Positions 12,474-25,716 of a stretch of DNA of 64,000 bases are shown one piece after another. The stretch spans positions 34,993,850-35,057,849 of the forward strand of contig NC_068998.1 of the NCBI RefSeq assembly GCF_001194135.2, given 5' to 3'. The notes below the pieces were generated by a model that was not told the origin of the DNA, made no database searches, and saw nothing but the letters and a program-made list of their open reading frames with translations. Made by a program: the position numbers and the translations under genes. The stretch comes from Octopus bimaculoides (Eukaryota). Within the stretch, counting starts at the first letter, position 1. Each line of letters starts with the position of its first letter.

Positions 12474-14110
12474 GTATTATAGATGCTAATGTTAAGGATA
12501 ACCACAAACATAATTAAGAGGCTTGATAAAACAAAGTAAAAGGTTTATTAAGAAAAAGCAAGCATATGAGGGTGTAGTTAAGATGTGTAATTGTATATAA
12601 CTGCAAAACATGGCCAGTTAAGTCACAGAGTCAGAAATAGGTTGCTGTACAAGAGTAAAAGATGGGCTGTAGATGCAGAGAAAGCCTTCATGTAGTTACT
12701 GCACAAGCAAAATAGTCGCAAAATCTCAGACATAGCCTTGTCACCTTATAAAATATAAAAGATCATCCTGGCAAAATGGACAGGACGATCATGATGGAAA
12801 CACCATTGATCTCTTTGATCAGAGCTAACCTGAACTTAAACAACAAAGATAACAATATAAAACACAATTTAAGATGGGCAACAAGTGTATGTTTTATGAA
12901 GGATAATTTATGGTATATGTCAAGAGTACATGACAATGAAATATGTGCTGTGAAAGTTGAGGATTAGAATTTATGGTGCTTTTGGCAGTGAAATATGGGT
13001 AATAAATGGAAAGGGTAGAGGTGACATAATGTGTACCTGTGTAATGTGGGTAATAAATGTCGTGAGTCAGAGGTGTTATGCCTGGATAGTAGGAAAAGTT
13101 GGATAGCGAATTTAAATAAATACGTTAAATGTGTCTGGTAATTAATACTACATGACTGAAATATGGGCAATCACTCTCGAAGAGTATTTTGTTTTCTATA
13201 CCAGCACTATATACCTTATGGCAACAAAATATTTAGAGGCTGCAGTGTATGTTTAGTGGGAATTATGATATTAATTTATAAAAGTTGTTGGCCACAAAGG
13301 AGTTAAAGAAATGCTGAATGTTACATATTATGTATTTTGGGGAGCTGACTTCAAAGGTTTAGATATATGGTGTGAATGGCGAATAATGTCTGCAGAATGG
13401 TAAGTCACCACAAGTTGATTGAGGAATGTATCCAATGTAAAATTAGTTAAATAAAACACAAAAGGGCTTATGGAAAAATCAGTTGGTTATTTAACGGTAG
13501 AAGTTATCTACAGGGAAGAAAGATTCAAGAAAAGTTGGGAAGAAATGAGTTGATTTAAATCTAAAGGCATTGGCCCTCATAAATTAATTCATACAAGGTA
13601 TAGAATGAAATGCTACACTGCACATTTATTTTGTTCATGCCAACGTATAACAATATATATTAAAAATGTTCATGTTAAGTGGTGGTGGTGGTGGTGATGG
13701 TAGACTTGTTGTTGTTGTTGTTGTTGTTGATGGTTGATGGTAATGATAAATAGAATAATTGATAAAGCAGTTATTCACATTTAACTTTTACATTTAGTTG
13801 TCTTTTAGTTTTTCCTTAAATCATAATTCACCGTTAAGCCATTAAGACCAGCAATGCTGAATTTGAAATTTTGATCAGACTAAGTTTCATTAAGGAATAA
13901 TTGTAGCATGTGGAGAAAAAGAAAATAAAGAAATCTAAAGCAAAGAAGAAAAAACTTCTTGATATGTGGATTTTTCAGAAATTTGCAATTTTGTCTAATT
14001 CATACTTTTTTTTTTTCTGCTTCAAATCCCACATAAACTTTGCTTGAAAGAAACATAATATTAATAAACGTGATAATTATGAGGATGATGATGATGATAA
14101 CAATGATGCA

Positions 14111-14146
<36 letters not shown>

Positions 14147-15739
14147 TCTTTCTGGTTGATTGGTCAATTACTCAATCCCTCCAGAATCTTGGTTGTTTTT
14201 GCATATTGCTCAATTTGTCATTTGATTTGTGAATGACACTGTTTCCATAGACACGCTTGCAAAATCAAAGAATTTCCAAAATTTCTGTGAAGAAAACAAA
14301 ACAAGGAGTTAATAATTGCTGCCATTTGAGATTAAAGGCAAATTAAGTTTATTGTTAAAAGCTTTATCATCTTGTTCAGTTGATTCCAAAGCACTGAAGC
14401 TTCACAGCCAACACTAATTTTCCACTAAGTCATTTATTTAAGATTGCTGTCAAGATAATTTCAAATAAAACAGTGAATGAACTTAACGCAGTAAATTACT
14501 CTCTCTGAATAATTATGTTGAAAATATGGTTAATGTCTACTTTGCTGTCTTAACAAAAAAAAAATTGTTTTCTTGTTTTTCTAATTTCCTACAGTATGCG
14601 AACATCTTTAATGATATAGTTTTGTTTTAACATATGATTTTTCTCTTGCTGTAATTTTTTACATGTAGGTTTGAAGCATTATATTTAAGTGTTTGGGTGA
14701 AATTAATAGGAAATGTCACTTTCATAGTTAAATGTCACAGGCAGTATAGCATAAGAAAAGTTTGTAGTGGGGATTTGAAACCTAACCACTAGATACTCAG
14801 TGAGACACCATGAATGAACCACTACAGTTTTATAAATCGACCTATCAGTGTGGAGCTGTTGTGTAATATGGTTTTCTCAAATGTTCTAAAATTTGACTTC
14901 TTGTCTCTTATAAAAATCATTTTAGGTGGCTGATTAATGGCAGAGTGTTGAAGGTGGCTGACTGCCTTATGCATCTCCACTCTTTCCAGGCAGATGGTCT
15001 GTGGACTGCTAATGACTCAGATTGCCTCTGAGATTTATGCAGATGACTGCATGTATTTTTGGACTGACCACATGTTGTCACACAGATAGCTTTCTACATT
15101 TCCAGAGCAGTTTTCCTCTCCTCTCATTCTGCAATTATTAATATTGTTTATTGTAATTTTCCAACGCCAAATATCTTTATGCCTGGCAATAAATATCACA
15201 GTTACATTTTCATGAATTTGTTTCAGTTATTATTCACACAGCCAATGAAATATGTCTTCATTGACCAGTTCAGCTCAAGTGGAAGAAAACCTCTTCTAAC
15301 AAATATATTGACTTTTGGTGGGAATCGAAACTATTTTGCTGTTTGTACTTGCTGGAAGCTTACAGCATTTTCATATTTTCTAAAAATATAATTTGATGTT
15401 TAATAAGTTGTCATGAGTTCATTTCATACAGCAGATAAGACATCTAATCATACCTTAGTTTGTTTGGTTGTGGGTATAGATATTGGCTTTTTTCCAGAAA
15501 ATAGTGTTTTATAGTCCAGCATCCCATTGTGAAAGAGATTTATCTCTCACCCTCTTAATGAAGTTAACCTCCAAGAACTATGAACCTTTGCAAATCTAAA
15601 CTATCAACTTAAAAAAGATTTATTTACTTACATGAATGTTGACATTAGTGACTCTACCATATTTATGGGTTCAAATTCAACCTGCAGCTAGGGTTTACTT
15701 TGGTTTCCAGTCTTATGGCCTCCTCAAAATGAGTGTCAG

Positions 15740-15962
15740 GGATATAGGTTTCACATTTTGGCACAAGGCCAACAGTTTTGGGGGAGAGACTAAATCAGTT
15801 ATATCAACCTCAGTACTCAACTGGTACTTACTTTATTGACCCTAAAAGGATGAAAGGCAACGTCGACCTCAGCAGAATTTGAACTCAGATCATGCAGACG
15901 AAATGAAATGCCACTAAGCATTTTACCCAGTGCACTACCAATTCTGCCTGCTTACCATCTTA
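15740..15962 (-). mobile_element. tRNA-derived SINE with a Meta/Sauria-like central domain
   Basis: The minus strand has gagttcaaattctgctgaggtcgacgttgcctttcatccttttagggtcaataaagtaagtacc, the same family as 53863-54092. Confidence 0.75.
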
Positions 15963-16539
15963 ATGAGTGCCAATAGTATGCCAAATCAGTTACATTTAGT
16001 GTCTCCACTTCTCAGCAAAGAATTGTATTATACTTACTCAGTATTTCTTAAATCTAACTCTGCTGGGACATAGTTTGGTCAGATTGTGAAATGTTTCAGT
16101 GACATTAATATTGTGTGGTAGTGCAGGGATGGTATCAACAATGAGACCGTGTCAACAGCATGCTGTTGTATGATAGTGAAAGTAGGGGACTGACAATGTT
16201 TGCATGACAATGATGCAATGCTTTATGGCAGTGAAAGTGAGTAACCAAACAGTGTTATTATGTTAGTTGTGCAATGTTGTGTGACCATTTTTTCTATGAA
16301 GGTGATAGATGACCAGTTTTAGTGCTTCTGTGGTGTGATGCTGTTTGGTATTGAAGGTGACGTCTCAACACTGTAAATGTGTCTGTTGTGTGATGTTCTA
16401 TGCCAGTAAAATGGTGGGCTTTTGACTGTAAACTTTCTTCCCATACTGTGTTTCCTTGTTCTGCAATAATTTCCACTGAACATCAATTATATGTAGCTTG
16501 CTTAATTATCTCTGTCCCATCATCTCTCTCACTAAGAAC

Positions 16540-17644
16540 CCCCCATGACAAGAAAAAAATCTGCTCAACTGAATGAAGGTGTAGTAGAGTGGGAAGTGGC
16601 TTTTTATGGCAGATGTTGATGGGGCTGAAGAATGATAAAGAGATAGGAACATGTGTTTTACTGTAGATGAGATACATGGCTACCCCACATTGTAATGAGA
16701 ATGGAAGGGAGTTGCTGAAAAGAGAGATAAAGATGGCAGTGATCAGGTGTGAGAATGTACTGTGAAGGTACAAGAGTGTGAGTGATAGAGATAAAATAGG
16801 GAGATAGTGCAGAGTAGTGTGAATGGCTGTTTGTAGGAATGCGAGAGGAGAGTGATAGGGAAAGGAGAACGCAATGAATAGTGATCAAGGTTGGAGGTAT
16901 GGGTGATAGTAAATGTGAGTTTGGAGTGGCTGAGGATACAGAAATAGTGGAGAGGAGCAGTGTAATAAAACTGTAAACAGATGAGAAATAGAGAAGGAAA
17001 CAATTCCCACTGACCATCAACTATACTTGCTCAATGAGCTTTGCCCCATCATCTCTTTAGTTGAGAATTTAAAAACAAAATAATTCTGCTCTGTACTGTA
17101 ACAAAGTAAAAAATGTACACATACAAACACTCATAGATATATACTGATGGTAAAAAAAACCCAAACTAATTACTACCATTAGATGAACTAATTATCAGTT
17201 TGCATGATTATTTGCTCTGTTCTTTTCATATAGTTATATACAAACGCTATATATTTGAATCCCTTATACACTATTACTAGGACTTTTAAGTACATGTAAT
17301 TATGTTTGTATTCATTTGCCTGGATATCTGGATGCTTCATATACTTGAATTGACTACACTTAAATCATTAACTCAATTGCTTAATTAGCTCTTGCTCTAA
17401 CTGACCAGCTAGTCTTTATTTCCTTCTACTGCAATGTCCTGGTTCTCCTTCTGACTGCAGTGCCATATCGTACTTTGTAGTATTTGCTGTTGTTTGCATT
17501 TAGCACCAGTCTAGTTTGTCTAATACAGCTGTTGCAAAATCTTCCACTAATGACCATCAAATCTGTAATTTTTTTTCAAATGTTGTGTATTCAGCAAACC
17601 TTTGATCTTCATCTTTGTCTCTGTACTCTCTCTCTCTCTTTCTC

Positions 17645-17686
<42 letters not shown>

Positions 17687-18205
17687 CTCAACCCATCCAC
17701 CCAACACATCATCTGTCTATTTCTCATCTCTCTATAGTTTTATTTACACTGCTGTTCTCCACTTGTTGTATATCCTAAGCCACCCCTATTTCTTGTGCCT
17801 TCCCTACTCTCGGTTCATATTTAACATCACTCATTCCTCCACTCTTGATTACTACACACCACATTCTCCTCTACCTCCATCTCTCACTAGCTGTCACTCT
17901 CCTCTCACACTCTTACAAATTTAGCTATCCACCCTTCCCTATTCTCTTTCCCTATTCCCTCACCTTCTTGTACCTTGAAGGTATACTCTGATACCTCATT
18001 TCTCTTCTTTTTTTTATCTTCTCTCTTTTCAGCTACTCCTTCCTACCCTTATATAATGTGGAGTAGCCATGTACCTCCTCCACAGCAAAACACTAGTTCT
18101 CCTGTTCCTGTACCTTTATCATTCTTCAGCCTCTCAACACCTGGCATAAAGCCCCCTCCCACTCTACTACACCCCTACTCAGTTGAGGGGGATTTTTTGT
18201 CTTGG
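16540..18205. repeat. Diverged inverted repeat pair (arms ~16540-17002 and ~17715-18205)
   Basis: The reverse complement of the left arm aligns with the right arm, e.g. tctctcttttcagc, aatgtgg.gtagccatgta, tttatcattcttcagcc, cccactctactacacc, tcagttgag. Divergence is substantial. Confidence 0.75.
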
Positions 18206-18229
18206 GACTTACTTGGCGACTGCACTAAT

Positions 18230-18447
18230 ATCAGGACCATGAAAAATGTACCCAGTCCACTCTGTGAAGTGATTGGCATTAAATAAGACATCAAGCTGTA
18301 GAAATTAGGCCAAAATAGACATTAGAGCTTGATGAAATCCTCTGGCTCATTGGATCCTGTCAAACCAACCAACCGATGCCATCGTGGAAGATGGACATTA
18401 AATGATGGTGATGATGGTGATGGTGGAGGTGGTGGTGGTGATGACGG
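18230..18447 (+). mobile_element. RTE-family 3' end
   Basis: Degenerate gtgattggcatta...catcaagctgtagaaa...ggacattaaatgatggtgatg tail. Confidence 0.6.
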
Positions 18448-19809
18448 CACACATATTGAGCTAATGAAGGGTTTCCTTCATGGCCATATGACTTGCTAGA
18501 AATAGCAGCAGAACTACAACTCACACACTACAAGTTTTGTAAAAAAAAAAAAAAAAAAGAACACACACTAAACACATTCTAGTAGATATGTTTTTTATTA
18601 CAAGTTTTGATCATTCATTTCCAAACTAGAGTAGAACAAGTATCTCAACCACTCTCTATGGGGCTCATCACAAAACTTCTCTTTCTCTCTCTCTCAATGC
18701 TCACATGTACATACACACACCATGCACAGACACACACATCACACACACACACATATACCACTTTTTCGTCTTCTCATTGTCATGGTTGTGCTAGATGGGT
18801 CCTTCAGTTTTTTCTGCTGCTACCCATGTTCTAATCAGTTCCAAATACAAAAAGATATAAAAGGAAGCAAGTGTTAACGAATGAATTACACCAACGAGCA
18901 TATTTCTACCAGAATTCACCCATCACTACACACTGTTCTCAACATTTTCATTTGCAACTACAGACATGTTTTGTTTAGAGTTGGGGTAAATTCCAGAAAA
19001 TTCTATTTATGGCTGATATCAGTAATTTTTACTGGAATGGTCATCTTGTTATCTGTAAATGCAGATGCTGTGCTGAACAATTATACAGATTAATAGAATC
19101 TTCCTGATCACTTTTCCTCTGTCTCTTTTTTATGTCTTTTCCTCTTTCTTTATATCTTTGTCTCTCTATCTTTGTAGCTTTCTTTTTCTCCATTACTATC
19201 ATACCATTTCTAAAGATATATATCTTCTACCTCTTCAGTACCTTCCTTTCTCTCTCTCTCTCCTCATTTTCTCTACATTTTTTTACTTTCACTCTTCTTT
19301 CCTTTGTCTTCTTCTCTCTCTCACTTACAATTCATTTTTATTTCTATACCCATGTCTCTCTCTTTCACACTCTCTTATTTTGCTTTACAATTTGTGTGTA
19401 TATACATGAATTTCTCTCTCTGTCCTTCTCCTCTGTCTGCCTGTCTGTCTGTATGTCTGTCTGTCTCTCTCTCTCCCCCTCACACACACACACTTCATGC
19501 TGATTTGTGATTGGTCAGACTATGCCAGCAGCTATAAATTTTGTCTACTTTTTTTAAGTATTTGTATTTTCCTGATATCAGTTTTTTCTAAACATGTTTG
19601 TATTTCTGTTCATTTGTTTGAATTGTCTGTCAAGCTTGTGTTTAAAGATCATTCTTTCTTTCATTTCACACACACACACACACGCACGCACGCACACACA
19701 CACGCACGCATGCATGCACGCACGCACGCACACGCGCACACACACAAAAGCACATAAATGTGAAAGAAGGTGGAAAAAATAGTGCTCAAATACCGAAGGT
19801 AGAGTAATG

Positions 19810-19942
19810 TACTTTATTAGAAAAGCAGCAAAAATATCACAAAAACAGTTTTTGTGATATTTTTGCTGCTTTCTTAATAAAGTATATATATATATATATA
19901 TATATAATATCACAAAAACTGTTTTTGTGATATTTTTGCTGC

Positions 19943-19952
<10 letters not shown>
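19810..19952. repeat. 75-bp near-perfect palindrome plus an inverted partial copy
   Basis: 19810-19884 has 37-bp arms around a single-base centre (19847). 19906-19952 is the exact reverse complement of 19815-19861. Confidence 0.9.
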
Positions 19953-19996
<44 letters not shown>

Positions 19997-20180
19997 AAAA
20001 CAGGAGATTGGAAGAATTTTTTATTATTATTAATTCACCATTACACATGTTTCATTTGCTAATAGGAGTTACAAAATTGTACATGTAACAAAAACATGTA
20101 AGATATCATCTATTAGAAATTCTTCAGACAGAGAAGCAAATAATACCAGGACACAACTTGGATTATAACCAAATCTGCAC

Positions 20181-20220
<40 letters not shown>

Positions 20221-20221
<1 letters not shown>

Positions 20222-20520
20222 TCATCATCACCATTTTACATCTACCATCCATATTGGCATGGGCTGGATGACAGGTAATTTCTACTCTTTTAGATGAGTC
20301 AAGCAATCACATCTAACTCGTAATTTTTATTTTTGGCCTGGTTTCTATAGTTGGATGCCCTTCCTAACATCAGTCACATCACAGAGTGTACTCAATGCAC
20401 ATTTTCCTGGCACCATCAAGAGAGAAGCTGTTGTGTCTTAGACAAAATTAAACAGTTCTCACAATCCTACTACATTTAACATGGTGTACTCAAGGTACTT
20501 TATCATTGCACCAGCACTAG
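20221..20520 (-). mobile_element. RTE-family 3' end
   Basis: (CAT)n start, then tggcatgggctggatg...ggatgcccttcctaac, antisense to the family 3' end. Confidence 0.65.
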
Positions 20521-20939
20521 GTATGATAGGAGTGAGAGAGTAATGGGCAGCAAAAAGTGGATAAATGGTTAGTGTGAGTGATAGCTGTGAACTCACATCT
20601 CAAAATAGTGAAAGTGCTGGTGAGACAGGGATAAGAGAAGGAGGAGTAGAACGTTGGTGAGAGAGAGTCAGAGAGAATTCATGGCATTCCTCATTACTTA
20701 GGAAGCAATGCACAGTAAGCCAGAACGACCGTGATGTAGGAAGAGGAAACAGTGATCGGGAGTTGATCTATAGTGGCTTGAGTAAAGACAAAAGTGACAC
20801 ACACATACTCTCACACATGCACATATATATATATATATATATGAATGTGTGAGTGCACGTGCGTGTGTAAAATACACACACACACACAGATATACATAAA
20901 CATATATATATACATACATATACATACACACACTCTCAT

Positions 20940-20971
<32 letters not shown>

Positions 20972-20989
20972 ACACATATCTATACACCA

Positions 20990-21115
20990 GGTTATTAGTA
21001 TTGCAAAAAGACTCTCTCTCAGAGTGAAAGGTAGATTGTATGATGCTTGCATGAGAACAGCTATGTTACATGGTAGTGAGACATGGGCTCTGATTGGAGG
21101 ACATGTATAGGAGTT
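20990..21115 (+). mobile_element. RTE ORF2 fragment
   Basis: Translates to KRLSLRVKGRLYDACMRTAMLHGSETWAL, matching the RTE ORF at 35924-36862. Confidence 0.8.
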
Positions 21116-21207
21116 ATGCAATAATTAGGAATATTATGAGTTGTGGTAATCAGTGATAGTAGGTGGTTCAAATGCAAACAAGACGGAACGAATCATTTGT
21201 CTATATA

Positions 21208-21690
21208 TTGGGTGATCCCATAAATAATGCGGTTTTTTTTTATACTTCTTTTATTTTTCAAAATAAAGATAAACTAAGTTCTTTTTTAATCTAAAATATA
21301 CTCTCCTTCATTTTCTACAATGTTCTTCTGTCTATCTGGTAGACTTGTAAGACCCCTCTTCCAAAATTCACTTGTCTGTGATGAGAAATACTCTTCCAGT
21401 ACTGTTCTGACCGTGTCTACAGAATTCATAGTTCTTCCGTCCAAATGATTTTGAAGATTGCGGAATAAATGATAATCAGATTCGGAATTATCCAGTGAAC
21501 ATAGTGGGTGGGGCATCGTTTCCCATTCAAACTGCTCCTACCTTTGGAATGTCATCCTCACTGTATGTGGCTGAGCATTATCCTGATGGAAGAACACCTT
21601 TCATCTCGAAACCAAAGATGGTCATTTTTCTTCTAGTGCTGACTTCAGCTGCTCAAGCTGCTTGCAGTAGATCTCCTTTGTTAGAGTGAG
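21208..21690 (-). mobile_element. Mariner (DD34D) transposase C-terminal fragment with TIR
   Basis: HQDNAQPH...HPLCSLDNSESDYHLFRNLQNH...EFWKRG...GEYILD has 34 residues between the second and third catalytic D. A TIR-like TA|ttgggtgatcccataaataatgcgg lies at 21208. Confidence 0.9.
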
Positions 21691-21796
21691 ATTGAGAGGG
21701 CCTACTCACCGGGTACAGTGTGTAGGGAGTACAATTAGCACAAAGGGTATAGAGAGGAAGTACCATAACTGTGTAAGGGGAGGTATTTAATGTGTA

Positions 21797-21845
<49 letters not shown>

Positions 21846-22571
21846 GTATATGTATGTATGTATATATGTATGTATGTATGTATAAATATATATGTATATT
21901 TGTGTGCATATGTGTATCAGAAAATGTTAAACTATGTCTAAGATAAGACCACTTCAATGTACTGAAGATTGAACCATAACTGTAAATCTTAAAATCTATT
22001 TGTAGAAGAAACATTAAACATGATATTTTCTATCCAGATATTCAAAATAGGATAGAATTAGGTTATGTAAGGGAACCAAGGAATGGTTCTAACATATATT
22101 ACATAATTCTGTAGATAGCATATGCCCTTTATACTGCAACATGTTCTAGCATAGAACTGTTCAGAAACTAATTTTGATATTAAAGTCATGGATGATGAAT
22201 AATGTTACAACAGGTAGATCCATCAAATGCTTCATCGTTTTCACAGAAATATACGTAGGATGGTTTTAAAGATATCTGTATTAATCCAAATATTAGTTGC
22301 AAAAGAAAAACATATATTATCTAAGACATCAACATGGATCTTACCTATTTTATTGAATCTTATGTAATAGAAACATTTCAGATTATATATGAAAGGTGCA
22401 AACCTTTCACCTTTACTTCAAGTTGATGCAGGATTCTGGATGATTTGAGTACTGTAGGCAATATGTATGCTGAAATTAAATATTTTCCACATATTGGCTT
22501 ACATCATGACAGCAGCAACAAAAGTGATGGACAGCTATTAAAAATAGATAAAATAAATATAAATAGATATT

Positions 22572-22664
22572 TTTATCCATCCATCCATCTATCTATCCAC
22601 CCATCTGTCTGTCAGTCTCTCCATTTCTCCATTCATTTGTTCCATCATAAGACTTGAATGATTC

Positions 22665-22757
<93 letters not shown>

Positions 22758-22992
22758 CATACATACATACATACATATATGTGTGTGTGTGTGTGTATGT
22801 ATATGTACATATCTATCTGTTGATATTTATATATGAGTGTGTGTGTGTGTGTTTGCATGTGTATAAAATATTATTAAGCAAGTAAATGGAGATACTTAAT
22901 GGATATATACATATGAATCATTCAAGTCTTATGATGGAACAAATGAATGGAGGAACTGATGTATGTATGGATGGATGGATGGATAAAAATAT
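22572..22992. repeat. Foldback element / inverted repeat
   Basis: 22627-22666 and 22913-22952 form a perfect 40-bp inverted pair. It extends outward via (ATCC)n/(GGAT)n and atatttttat, and encloses a microsatellite-rich spacer. Confidence 0.85.
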
Positions 22993-23117
22993 TTGATATT
23001 TATAATATATTTATTGAAGAGATATCTCTTCACAGTATAATATATTAAACCAGCGTAACTTGGATGGAACCATCCCTATAAGAGGTTTATATCCTCACAT
23101 TGACTATATATATATAC

Positions 23118-23171
<54 letters not shown>

Positions 23172-23212
23172 AAAGTGACAAGAAAAGAATGAGGCCTCGA
23201 TATTAAATAAAT

Positions 23213-25018
23213 GGTTCTAGATAAATTCCACTGCAGATAATTCCGCTATGGAAAATTCCACTAGGTAAATTCCGCCCATGGACTGACTTCCAATATAAGC
23301 TGCTCCTGCTAGTAATCACCGTGGTCAGTTTCTCTAGACCGTAAGTCAATACCTAGGTTATTTAATATGTGTCTCTCAAGTCTTAAGAAACGAGAGAGAG
23401 AGAAAGAGAAAGAGAGTCTGAAGATGAGATAAATAATCTTTATAATCTACTTGAATTGAGGTGGGATCACTTTAATGTACTCCCAATCAAGTAAGAATCT
23501 ATGGAAAAGACTCATCACAAAATTTCAAAAATAATATAATTTGGGATAAAGAAAGAAATGATTAAATTTTAGCACACATTTTATTATTACAATAGGATAA
23601 AAAATAACAGCGAGTGCATTGTGAAGCAGAGTTAGGATAAGAAAGTTCAGCCATCTGGTTTCACCAGTCCTCAGTCAAATCGTCTAACCCATGCTAGCAT
23701 GGAAAGCGGACGTTAAACGACGACGACGATATATATGTGCTGTGCGTGAGAAGACCCGGCAAGCCAAGTGAGATCGTTGCCAGTGCCCCTGGACTGGCTC
23801 TTGTGCGGGTGGNNNNNNNNNNNNNNNNNNNNNNNNNNNNNNNNNNNNNNNNNNNNNNNNNNNNNNNNNNNNNNNNNNNNNNNNNNNNNNNNNNNNNNNN
23901 NNNNNNNNNNNNNNNNNNNNNNNNNNNNNNNNNNNNNNNNNNNNNNNNNNNNNNNNNNNNNNNNNNNNNNTGGAAAGCGGACGTTAAACGACGACGACGA
24001 TATATATGTGCTGTGCGTGAGAAGACCCGGCAAGCCAAGTGAGATCGTTGCCAGTGCCCCTGGACTGGCTTTTGTGCGGGTGGCACATAAAAGACACCAT
24101 TTCGAGCGTGGCCATTGCCAGTACCGCCTGACTGGCCTTCGTGCAGGTGACACGTAAAAGCACCCACTACACTCTCTGAGTGGTTGGCGTTAGGAAGGGC
24201 ATCCAGCTGTAGAAACTCTGCCAAATTAGATTGGAGCCTGGTGTTGCCATCTGGTTTCACCAGTCCTCAGTCAAATCGTCCAACCCATGCTAGCATGGAA
24301 AGCGGACGTTAAACGATGATGATGATGATGACATTTATTTGAAAATTTCTGAAGACAAATTGGGTGCAATATTTCTTAAAAATTGCAGAGTGTTTTCATT
24401 TTGATATTCCTGAACTAGCTTCTTCGGCCATGCATCAATAATTTCATAGGTTTTTTCTGTTTTCTTTGTTGTTAAGTCTCCACATCGAATGTGTGCAATT
24501 TTTGTCTGGCTTAATCCTTTCTCAGCTTTGAGGGCAGTGCATAGTTTCCACAAATTTGGATGTGTAGATGTTAGTCATGAGCGCAAAGCATTGTGGAACC
24601 CTTCTAAAGAATTATTTGATCCTGGAAAGTCCTTTAAGACACGATCACGTACATTCCAGAGTTCTATAGGAAAATGTGAGGGTTTCTCTTCACTAAGGAG
24701 GACTGTAATCCCTTACAATCCCAATGTATGTAATCTAAAAATAGGTGATAAACTCAGAAGGGATGTCTTCATTGTCAGACATGTCTTCAAATACATTGAC
24801 AATGTCTTCAACATATTTTTTGTATTCATTGACCTTTTTGATATTATTTTTTGTGTTCTTTTTTTATTTCCATAATATTGTAACCCATATAATAATAATA
24901 ATAATAATAATGATGATGATGATGATAATTTCAACTATGGTGAAATTTACCATGGTGGAATATACCACAATGGAATTTTCCATGGTGGAATTTACCGCAG
25001 TGGAATTTGCTTGTCACC
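23213..25018 (-). mobile_element. MULE (Mutator-like) DNA transposon remnant with both TIRs
   Basis: TIRs are built of ~15-bp aaattcca(c/t)..tgg subrepeats at both ends. Candidate TSD AAATAAAT (23205-23212) / AGATAAAT (25019-25026). The minus-strand FPIELWNVRDRVLKDFPGSNNSLEGFHN...HPNLWKL resembles the MULE C-terminal RTNNxxEGWH motif. Confidence 0.75.
23650..24331 (+). mobile_element. Tandem RTE 3' ends nested in the MULE
   Basis: Repeated units begin at gtgctgtgcgtgagaagacccggcaagccaagtga (ORF2 end, VREKTRQAK*) and end in gttaaacga(c/t)ga. An N-gap lies within the array. Confidence 0.8.
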
Positions 25019-25054
25019 AGATAAATAAAGGATTATTTATATGTGTTCTAAATT

Positions 25055-25091
<37 letters not shown>

Positions 25092-25289
25092 NNNNNNNNN
25101 NNNNNNNNNNNNNNNNNNNNNNNNNNNNNNNNNNNNNNNNNNNNNNNNNNNNNNNNNNNNNNNNNNNNNNNNNNNNNNNNNNNNNNNNNNNNNNNNNNNN
25201 NNNNNNNNNNNNNNNNNNNNNNNNNNNNNNNNNNNNNNNNNNNNNNNNNNNNNNNNNNNNNNNNNNNNNNNNNNNNNNNNNNNNNNNNT

Positions 25290-25716
25290 ATATACTCTCT
25301 TTTACTTGTTTCAGTCATTTGATTGTGGCCATGCTGGACCACTGCCTTTAGTCATGCAAATCGACCCAAGGACTTATTCTTTGTAAGCCTAGTACTTATT
25401 TTATGGGTCTCTTTTGCCGAACCACTAAGTTACGGCGACGTAAACACACCAGCATCAGTTGTCAAGCAATGTTGGGGGGACAAACACAGACACACAAACA
25501 TACACACACACACAAACATACACACATGCACATACATATATATATATACATATATACGATGGGCTTCTTTCATTTTCCGCCTACCAAATCCACTCACAAG
25601 GCTTTGGTCGGCCCGAGGCTATAGTAGAAGACACTTGCCCAAGGTGCCACGCAGTGGGACTGAACCCAGAACCGTGTGATTGGTAAGCAAGCTACTTACC
25701 ACGCAGCCACTCCTAC
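25290..25716 (-). mobile_element. tRNA-derived SINE, full length
   Basis: Reverse complement of the family at 29717-30150: gtggctgcgtggtaagtagcttgctt...gggttcagtcccactgcgtggcaccttgggcaagtg...gactgaaacaagtaaaaga. Confidence 0.85.

Noticed and set aside
12480-13640. Possible decayed TE coding region
   Set aside because: It looks non-random, but I could not identify any diagnostic motif, so it is left unannotated.
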